Shown in pieces: positions 23,521 through 32,000 of a DNA stretch of 32,000 nt. This DNA comes from Wallemia ichthyophaga EXF-994 (taxonomy: Eukaryota > Fungi > Basidiomycota), in assembly GCF_000400465.1 (NCBI RefSeq), contig NW_008806299.1:30001-62000 (forward strand), read 5' to 3'. The notes under the pieces are model-generated. The model saw only the letters and a list, made by a program, of their open reading frames with translations. It had not been told where the DNA came from and searched no databases. Every line of letters begins with the position of its first letter. Positions within the stretch are counted from its first letter, which is position 1. The position numbers and the translations under genes are program-made.

Positions 23521-25221
23521 ATGAGCTCGGCGAACACTATAGTAGTCGATGAGATCGACACGGACGCAGACAAGGATAACCGGGGTAATGACAAGACCGC
23601 AGATACGAAAGACGCAAAGGAGCCTCATCAAGTGGAGAGCGAGATGGAGGCTAAGCAGCTAGGCATGGGATACTTCAAGGGTTCGCACGAACGGCTGGAC
23701 AAAGAAGTGGAGAAGGCGGAGCGGGATAAATTTCTAGTTGAGATGGATGAGCGAGATGACCCGAAGAACTTGAGCGTCGGCTACAAGTGGTATCTAACAA
23801 TCCTCTCCGGATGCCAGATCCTTAATGCGACATTTGCTAGTTCGGTTTTATCTAGTGCGTACTCGCTCATTGAAGAGGAGTACGGTAAGTCACAGGAAGT
23901 GGTTATCCTCACAGTATCTCTTTTCCTCGTCGGATACATAGTGGGGCCGTTCTTTTGGTCGCCGTTGAATGAGCTCGTCGGCCGGAAGGTCACCTTCATG
24001 TCTTCGCTTTTTCTGTTCGTCATATTCACTATACCCTGCGCACTCGCACCGAACATGGCGTGTCTCCTCGTGTGCCGCTTCCTGGCTGGTTGCTGCGCTG
24101 CTGCGAGCATGGTGACATCTGGTGGAGTGCTCGCTGACCTATGGGATCCGGTCCGGCGTGGTCGTCCTATGGCGCTGTACAGGTGAGTGGAGTTGGATAA
24201 GTGAGGGTGTGAAAATTTGCTGATTGTTGCAGTCTCTGCCCATTCGCTGGCCCTGTAGCGGGTCCAATAGCGTCGGGATTCATCGTCGACTATGCTAGCG
24301 ATTACAAGTGGGTATACTGGGCGCAGATGATCTTCGGCGGCGTGTGTTTCCTCGGCGTAGGTCTCACCTATCCCGAGACAATGGCGCAGGTGATTTTGAA
24401 GAAGAAGGCAGTGAAGCTGCGGAAGAGTACGCATGATAATCGTTATCATACCTTCAGCGAGCTCAATTCGCCGCCTTTCAAGGAACAGCTGTCGATTGCA
24501 TTCAACCGGCCGTTCAAAATGCTCAGCCAGGAGCTCATCATGATTATGACATCTCTTTACATTGGTGTGGTGGGTGCGAGGAAGTTTCTTAGGGATGTTT
24601 GCTTACTTCTCGCAGGTTTACGGTGTGCTTTATCTCTCGTTCGAAATGTTTCCGTACGTTTTTAAAGGAAGCTACGGCTTCACAACGTGGAAGACTGGTC
24701 TCACGTTCTGCTCTGTCGCGATCGGGCTGTTTATCTCGTACATCACCAACTTGATCTTTGACATGCGGTATATGCGAATAGCAAAGCAGACGATGAAGGA
24801 GACGGGTGAGCGACCAGCGCCCGAGATACGTTTTTTGCCTGCTATTCTTGTTGGTGGGCCCTGTTTCTCGATTGGGCTGTTCTGGTTCGCGTGGACGGCC
24901 GGACGGACCCATTGGTTAGCCCCTTGCGCGGCAGGCGTGCCGATTGGAGCGGGTGTCGTGCTCTGCTTCATCTCGCTCCTGTCGTACATTTCAGACGCAT
25001 ATACTTTGTACGCGGCAAGTGCGCTGGCTGCAAACACCGTCGTGAGGTCTGTGTTCGGTAGTGTTTTCCCCCTCTTCGCAATCAAGATGTTTGATCGCCT
25101 GTCGATCAGCTGGAGTGGGACACTGCTCGCGTGTATCGGGGTGCTAATGATGCCGTTTCCAATTATTTTCTACAGATATGGACTGTCAATCAGGAAACGG
25201 TCGAATTATGCTCGCAGTTAG
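23521..25221 (+). CDS. MFS drug:H+ antiporter (DHA1; Tpo/Flr1-like), 3 exons (23521-24182, 24233-24569, 24616-25221), 534 aa
   Basis: DDPKNLS..KW, WSPLNELVGRK, CRFLAG, GGVLADLW, PFAGPVAGP, YPET, PEIRF, YISDAY..YAASALAANTVVRSVFG; about 12 hydrophobic segments. Confidence 0.93.
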
Positions 25222-25335
25222 ACGTGCAATTGTTTAGATATAGATTCATAGATGTAGAAAGAATATAGAATAGACATAATTTGATAATTGAAAGCAATAG
25301 CTACCGGCTACTAACACGCTTCTGCTCTCACCCCC

Positions 25336-26438
25336 ATGTCATCTGGAGACTATCAAACTTTGTTGAAATCAGTAAAAAACAAGGGCGTCGTATTCACAGC
25401 GCCTAAAGACGCAGATGCTGCGATCATGTTCGCGCAGAACGGGTGGGTGTGTCTATCAGCAGCTCCCTCAGGCTGAATGAATGTGACTTTAGTGCAAAAG
25501 TGCTTGTTGGTGTAGATAGCACAGAGGCAGCGCAGAAATTGCAAGGTATTGCTAACCTCAGTACCCACCAACTCTATGTCGGCGACCACCTACAAGTCGA
25601 AGCCTTTTTCAGCCTGGCGATTGAATTGCTCGGCAATGTAGACATTATCGTTGCGAACGCGATACGCGCGGATGTCCAAGACTGGTTTAGCCCTGAAAAC
25701 AAGACACCCACTAGTGCGCACCGGCTTTGTTCCCCTCACTCCACCGCTAACGACATTATCAGACGTCCGGCCTGATATGACGGGCGTGCAGGTGAACATG
25801 TACGGCCAGATGTTTGCAATCCACTATGGCGCCAATGCTTTCAGGAAAAACCCTTCCGCCGATAAAGTATTTGTCATTGACGGCGATGCGGGTGATATTG
25901 CCGACCAGACGCCTATCCTCAAATCTACTATTGAGTCGGTGGGTTTAGCTGCGGTGTGGTTTGAAAATGCTCACCTGTCCAACAGAATTACTCTAATCCT
26001 CAGGGTTTGGATTCTTCAGGCAAAACAGAGAACTGGAGAGCAAACATCATCAACCCCACTTTAGCGGATCAGGTTTTGTTGAGTAGGGGCAAACCATACG
26101 CGCTCAGCGGCGTATCAGATAAGATTTCACGGAGGCATGCTATTCTCGTTGCTGCGACGATACAGTCCTCGTTAGAGAGCGTGGTTGTTATAGATGGCGC
26201 TTTAGTGTGAGTATGGGATATGGTTATGGTGCTGTACTCACACGCTTATAACAGACTGGCTCCTTACCCTGATATTGCCCTGCATGGACTGAAAAAAGTT
26301 AAAGCTAGATTGTTATTCATCAAAAGGGCGATGCTCGCTGTGCGTAAAATTTCTGCTAATCAAGACAAGATTAAGAAGTGGTGCACTGCTGCTATCATCT
26401 TCGGCTGCACATCTCTGCTTGCTCGTAGACTTCTCTAG
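25336..26438 (+). CDS. Divergent SDR-fold paralog lacking cofactor-binding and catalytic motifs, 5 exons (25336-25442, 25493-25713, 25763-25938, 26004-26206, 26255-26438), ~296 aa
   Basis: Aligns to the SDR at 16490 (DYQTLLKSVKNKGVVFT vs SYADLARGVKDRVVLIT; DIIVANA vs DVVCANA; shared NVRPDM; ENWRANIINP vs EGFRCNCINP). Four GT-AG introns keep the frame open. An alternative acceptor at 25985 would add NYSNPQ. Confidence 0.8.
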
Positions 26439-26559
26439 TTGGCGTTGATTGGTGTTGTATTTGGGTATAGACTTGTAGAATTTATCAGATGCATTTCTTG
26501 GTTACCGCTGCAGAGTCACTGTCTTAAACGGTCACAACAAAACCACAACCATCCTCCAC

Positions 26560-27181
26560 ATGCTAGAAGAGCAAGGTATATATGCATTTAGAAATAAGGG
26601 CAGCAGCTCATTCCAGATATTCCCGGGTAGTTCACTCACTGCTGCGATGGATTCCCCACCGATATTTTTTGTGAAAATGTCCATTTGGTCCAGCAAGATT
26701 GTGTTGCGTACAGAGCCGCAGCAACAGGTTATCGCAACTTCAATGACGAAGAAGCTGAGCTGGACCAACTATGACATCTTCATCGGTGGGTGTGTATTGT
26801 GAGACGCTTTGAATCATGTTGATAGCTAATGGATTAGGCGAGCGCGCTATTGCTGTAGATAGTCACAGCTTCTGGTCTGCCATGTGGTCATCAAAGCGCT
26901 TCTTCACTCTCCCGAGTGGGCTTAAATGCGTCGCAAAGAGGAGATCGAAAACAATGATGAGCTTTGTCGTTACGGAGCTGCTCAACAATACAATTATTGC
27001 GACTTATGAACCTACGTCGTATTCATACAGGAAAGCAGGCGCCTTGAGATTATTTGCTGTTGGACACGACCAACTCGATCTCACCGCAATTTTCATGGCG
27101 ATAGTCATTATGATACGAATAGATAAGGATACGCAGGCAGGCATCGCGTCTGGCGCTGTGGCGGGTGGCGGTGGGGGCTGA
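26560..27181 (+). CDS. Hypothetical ~193-aa beta-rich fungal protein with Gly/Ala tail (tubby/LURP-one-like fold suspected), 2 exons (26560-26785, 26826-27181)
   Basis: A 40-nt GTGGGT..TAG intron joins two ORF-track ORFs in frame. It has a C-terminal hydrophobic helix (LTAIFMAIVIMIR) followed by AGIASGAVAGGGGG*. The family assignment is from recalled resemblance only. Confidence 0.65.
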
Positions 27182-27317
27182 TAGTTGTAATTTATTCATA
27201 TCCGATTCTAAGAGATTAAGCAGGGTGTTGAATGAGATGTTTGTAAAACGATTCTCTTACTTGTGAGTCATTTATGTTTATTTGTATTCCTTGTCTTGAA
27301 CGCCCAATACACTTCAA

Positions 27318-28102
27318 ATGACAAATAGTTCATTTTCACAGCGCTTCCTTACGACATCCGTTGGATCGTCTATCCCAAACTATCGGTGAAAGACGTGAGG
27401 ACCATGTTCCTTGTTTGCAAAAAGTTTGCCTCTATCCCGGCTGATTTTGGAGGACGAAACTATTACAGAGAATGGATGATTACTTCTGGCAAGCAAGACT
27501 TTGATGTCCAATTTCATCGCAAGGCTTTAAGTTCCTCTAGAATGAGAAATTTCACCGAGCACCTCCAGATTAACTTCAACTTTCTGAGTGACGCAAACTA
27601 CCTATCAGCAGTATCTGAATTAGGTTTCGCAGTTTCGAAAATGTCGAAACTCCAATCATTGCTCGTAGATTGCTCCGCAATAAGTGAAAGATACCATTCT
27701 TACAATGGTTATCGCATGAGGAACACTGATAATTTGATAAGCTATATGCTCTCGAATGACAGAGTTGAAGAGCTCACCCTTGTCTTGAAAGATCCTAATG
27801 AAATCAGGCCAACAAAATTTTAGTTTGATGCGCTTCTCGATAGATATCCAAATTTGAAGGTGCTGGCAGTGCGCTTTCTGGAACATCAAGACGATGATCT
27901 TAAGGTTTTTATTGAATTGCTTTTAGCTTCATTACCACTACAAATTGTTGTTGTGGCATATAAAAGTGGTAAAGATAACGTAAATGCAAGCTATAAGGTC
28001 TTTAAATCGAAGACAGTGACAACACTCGAAAAGGTCGGTGGCCAGCACGAATCCAGGTCATTTGCATCACAGCTCAAGCACTTCAAACGATTAATTCAGT
28101 AA
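27318..28102 (+). pseudogene. F-box (LRR-like C-terminus) gene with N-terminal frameshift and internal nonsense codon
   Basis: F-box FTALPYDIRWIVYPKLSVKDVRTMFLVCKKF. ATG 27318 is out of frame across a T4 run (27333-27336). In-frame TAG 27821-27823 separates ORFs 27386-27823 and 27854-28102, which share a frame (..KF*FDALLDRYPNLKVLAV). Confidence 0.65.
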
Positions 28103-28542
28103 GACTATTGAGTATGTGAAATCGCTTCATCTTGTCTTGACTATATAATGCATATAAATTGATATCAACTTTGCATCCGCTAAGAACTCAAGACCCTTTG
28201 CACACACAGGCTGAATCAGGCACACGAGTGATACATTTATTTATTACAAATCGAAGGTACGAAAACAAATAAGTCCGGGGAAGCAATCTGCATAGATGTT
28301 ACTATATTTAATATCTTCATCTCGCTCGGCTCCAATATTTCTCTCGATTATTTATCTCAAGTAATTGCATGATCGATGAAGTGCTCGGATTAATTTGCAG
28401 ATAAACACCTTAAAGACTGTGCTATATCAAAACATCACCAAAAACCCAGAAGAACCACCGATTCCTCCTTGAAAAGTCTTTATGCGCATGCCAGACGATC
28501 CCCAGCCGCTCGGGTAATTTCATCCCTTTAACTTCCAACTTC

Positions 28543-30607
28543 ATGAAACCCAAGCGCAACAAAAGGAGATCTATTAGAGCTTGTCAGAGCTGCCGCAAGT
28601 CAAAAACCAAGTGCGTAATCCTCGACAACAGCGATAGGTGCAGGAATTGTGTAATCAAGAATTACCAATGCGTTGGCATTGAAGAAGATCGGTTAGTCCC
28701 GAAAATGCTAGATTTTACTCCCACTGACCACCACCTCCAGTCCTACTCGAGGCGCTGATAAGAAACCAAGGAAAGCTTACAAACCACACGGAATCTCCCC
28801 AGACAGCGAAGACGATGCTCACGAAAGGCCGCGATCATCCAGGCGATCAAAGCAGAGTGCCTCGAATCACACCCCAGCCAGCAGCGCTTCTTCATCTTCC
28901 TCCAATCAGCTCGTTCGACATCACAGCAGCGACAACGAGAGCGATGAGTATATTCCACAACTTTCTCCATCTGAAAGGAAATTTAAAATTCCTGATACTG
29001 CCCTTCTCAATAAGCCCTTTGACATAACGAGTTTACCCGAATTCGCAACACATCAGTCAAGCAAGACTTCCATCCTCAAGACACCCTCGACAGACTACCA
29101 GCAGTACTCGTTTTGGCCGACTCTGTTTTCTGAGACTGGCGGGAGCTTGAAAGGTCTTATAGCAGAGATCTGGAAGGTGTTTAGCAAATCCGATTTGATC
29201 GCTGTGCTGTTCCACCTTCCCTCACTCTACAAGAAGCTCAATATACCCTCAAAGAGGGCAAGCCTAGAGCCGTCACTGATATGCGCACTTTTGGCAGTGT
29301 CTTATTCGGTTCAGGGAGCGTCTGACAGAGCTGACTCGGGTATACTTAAGGGCAAAGCGGCATACTACGCAGACAGTGCTCACACATATTTAATTACAGC
29401 TGTCAACGCATCCAAATTCTCCCTGGGTATCGCACAGGCCGCTGTATGCCTCCACTACTATGAATTCCTCCCCAATGAGACTTTTAGCACTCAAAAACTA
29501 GGCTCAGCGATTATAATAGCCGATATTGTTATCAGCAAGCTTGCTCTCACTTCGATAGATGCTCATCAAGTGAGTTGGGTGTTTGACGACGACGGTATCC
29601 CCGTTAGGACAGTAGATGTCGGTAGCGACGACACAGACATACATACATACGTTCAACAGGCTGGGTGTCTATGCGACATCATCCGAGAATCTAATGAAAA
29701 CACTCAAGATCGACCGGGCGGTTTTGTTTTACGGGTCATTACGCGCTTCTCTGGCAACGACGCATCGGACGAGGAGATAGAGAAGGAGGAGGTGCGACGG
29801 ACAGTGTGGGCATCGCTGAGCCAAGCATGGAAACAAACTCTTTTCCATCCCGTCATGCCCCTGCACATAGCAGACAGCTCAAATTACGGCATCTTCCTCT
29901 CTTCCGAGAAATGGATATCGAAACTTCCGAGTCCACACGAGAGGACATGGTCTAGGAGGACTGTGCCGGCTCTGCTGGAGAGAGTGAAACTTCTTTGCCT
30001 GGGGGCTATCAGATTGCGCGCTCAGCCGCTAGAATTCCATGCGAGAGCTACCAAGATTATACTGGCAGCTGAGACCATCGAGATGGAATTGTTCAAACAC
30101 ACGTGTAGAAATATTATTCCGATCTGGCAGATAAGAAATATTGCCTTCATGATACGGCTGATTTTAACGGCAAAACTACAGGCCATGACGAAGAAGTTCA
30201 TCGGCCCAAAAAGTTACTTTACTAGGAAGCAGGTGATAGCTTGGCTTAAGGGTCACGAACTACTTTACAATAACCATCTCCGTGCCATTTTGAAGGAGAC
30301 ACCAGTTATTTTTGGCGCCTTGAGCGTGCAGGCCCTGCGTTGCTTGGATATCTTCGAACTCGACAGAGATGTAGTCGGTGCGTTGCGCATCTCTGGATCA
30401 ATGACTGATGCCGTCCAGTCAATTCTCTACTTCCACCCATGCCAGTCAACAGAAATAGAAGCGCTATTGCGAAAGCTGCGGCTTATCAATTTCGAAGACG
30501 AATGCATTCGTCAGAGCAATAAACCACAGCATCCTGAGCCACCCCCGCCCACCTTCGACGATCTCACTTGGTGCATAGCTCAGCTAAATATAACAAATGA
30601 CAAATAG
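28543..30607 (+). CDS. Zn(II)2Cys6 fungal transcription factor, 2 exons (28543-28691, 28741-30607), ~671 aa
   Basis: ACQSCRKSKTKCVILDNSDRCRNCVIKNYQC, then intron 28692-28740, then RPTRGADKKPRK, continuing open into ORF 29147-30607 (EEIEKEEVRRTVWASL middle-region motif). Confidence 0.9.
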
Positions 30608-30805
30608 CCTTAAATAGAATGGGCTTTATGAAAAATTATACGTTCACAGCAAAGCAAAATATAATACGTTATAACTCCACTTAATTATATCAAATGTACT
30701 TTTCACTTAATTCCTTGGTTTTTGATTTTTTAAGGCCCGGTAATGAAAAGCTCCGGAGATGCGCTGTTAAGTTATTCTCATTAATTCCGACACCACGTCT
30801 AAAAG

Positions 30806-32000
30806 ATGTTTTTCAAGGCTGAAGTAGCATTGTTAGCGCTGTTCAGTAGTAAAGGTGTGGGTGGACTCATGGGTGACTCGCCGGGCGGCCCCCCAATGCA
30901 CGAAAAGAATGCAAATCAGGGTGTCAAAAAGATCACCCTCGAGGTCACTGAAATGGTTACAAGCTTAGATGGCGGGAAGCCACGAGAAATGTTCGCTATC
31001 AATGGCAGGCCGTTCAACGGCGCCGAACCAATCGTCGTTGACGAAGATGACGTGGTGGAGATAGATTACATAAATAATGCGCATACAAATACTACTCTCC
31101 ACGCACATGGTATTACTCAAAGTGGTACAATATGGTCAGATGGAGTTCCAGGCGTGACTCAAACCTATATTGGAAGTGGTGAAAATTTCACGTATCAATG
31201 GAACGCGGAGTATGGAATGTATTGGTTGCATGATCACTCACGTGAGCAGTACCAAGATGGTATAGCTCTTCCAGTCTACGTCCGACCAAACGACAATCGT
31301 CCAAAGCCTTTCTATCAGCTCACAAACGACAATAACGCAATCGAGTCACTCGAAAAGCAAGACAGAGATCCGCAGATTATCATGCTGGCTGACTACACAA
31401 CGCTTAACAGCACTGAACAGAAGCGATTGTCTGAAGAGTGGCATTCAGAATTACTATGTTACGACGCTGTACTCATTAACAACCATGGACGCAGAAATTG
31501 CCCAGCTATGGATAAGCTGAGAACGTATGCATCCGAAAATAAAAATGGGCTGATTGATGGCTCCTACATCACCGCCAAAGGATGTCCGAACATTACAGAA
31601 AGCACTCCAGCAGTGCCTGACGATATAGAGCTCGATGCAGATGTGTGGTTTAACTGCGAGGAGACCAACACGACTACTCCAAAGTTTGAATTCGAGTATG
31701 TTGACGATGGCAATGAGCAATGGGCCGTCCTACATATGGTTTCCGCGGCTAGTCACTGGTCTTACATCGTTTCAATCGATGAGCATCCAGTTTATCTGTT
31801 TTCTCAAGACGGAAGATATCACAGCATGCCGTCTGCAGAGCCTGCCGATGCTTTTGAGTTTGTTATTGGAGAGCGTCTGGGAGTTGCTTTTAAATTACAC
31901 ACAGCAGGCGAATATGTAATGCGAGTATCTGTTTGGAACGCACCTCAGATTCTGGCAACACACGCAATCATCAGCTATGGTAATAACAACAACGTTCGCT
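30806..32000 (+). CDS. Secreted multicopper oxidase (laccase-like), 3' end outside window
   Basis: Open frame from ATG 30806 to the window end, absent from the ORF track because it has no stop. Signal-like N-terminus, AING, TLHAHGITQ..WSDGVPGVTQ, GMYWLHDH and cupredoxin domain 2 features (SIDEH, DG, GER). Confidence 0.9.
   Translation, partial: MFFKAEVALLALFSSKGVGGLMGDSPGGPPMHEKNANQGVKKITLEVTEMVTSLDGGKPREMFAINGRPFNGAEPIVVDEDDVVEIDYINNAHTNTTLHAHGITQSGTIWSDGVPGVTQTYIGSGENFTYQWNAEYGMYWLHDHSREQYQDGIALPVYVRPNDNRPKPFYQLTNDNNAIESLEKQDRDPQIIMLADYTTLNSTEQKRLSEEWHSELLCYDAVLINNHGRRNCPAMDKLRTYASENKNGLIDGSYITAKGCPNITESTPAVPDDIELDADVWFNCEETNTTTPKFEFEYVDDGNEQWAVLHMVSAASHWSYIVSIDEHPVYLFSQDGRYHSMPSAEPADAFEFVIGERLGVAFKLHTAGEYVMRVSVWNAPQILATHAIISYGNNNNVR

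Noticed and set aside
23781-24449. 222-aa antisense ORF in the MFS gene
   Set aside because: A shadow ORF; the plus strand fully explains the coding signal.
25236-25280. TAGA-rich stretch after the MFS stop
   Set aside because: Irregular AT-rich 3' UTR sequence; not a spaced repeat array or CRISPR-like structure.
26007-26438. ORFs 26007-26210 and 26220-26438 as separate small genes
   Set aside because: They are exons 4 and 5 of the SDR-like paralog; intron 26207-26254 matches the position and phase of the SDR's last intron.

Overview
Eukaryotic (fungal, basidiomycete-like) genomic DNA that is very compact and intron-rich. I hand-assembled about 45 GT-AG introns, all 40-65 nt. The layout is consistent with a Wallemia-type genome, but that is inference and unverified. 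Conserved genes: GUF1/LepA, a divergent histone H3-H4 pair, an HMG-box transcription factor, proteasome alpha5 (PUP2) head-to-head with HOG1 MAPK only 55 bp apart, NIPSNAP, an SDR, DUS2-type tRNA dihydrouridine synthase, ISWI remodeler, DHA1-type MFS transporter, Zn2Cys6 factor and a 3'-truncated multicopper oxidase. Accessory material lies between them: two tandem SH3-only proteins, small orphans, two F-box/LRR pseudogenes, and a tandem pair of decayed secreted pre-pro-peptide genes. One of that pair still encodes an intact 8-Cys cationic domain, and the pair sits behind a dense TGTCA motif cluster. There is also an intact, intron-conserving SDR paralog that has lost its cofactor-binding and catalytic motifs (candidate pseudoenzyme). 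No rRNA, tRNA, CRISPR array or transposon was recognised. All exon models were derived by hand from reading frame, splice signals and protein-family motifs; no database searches were run.
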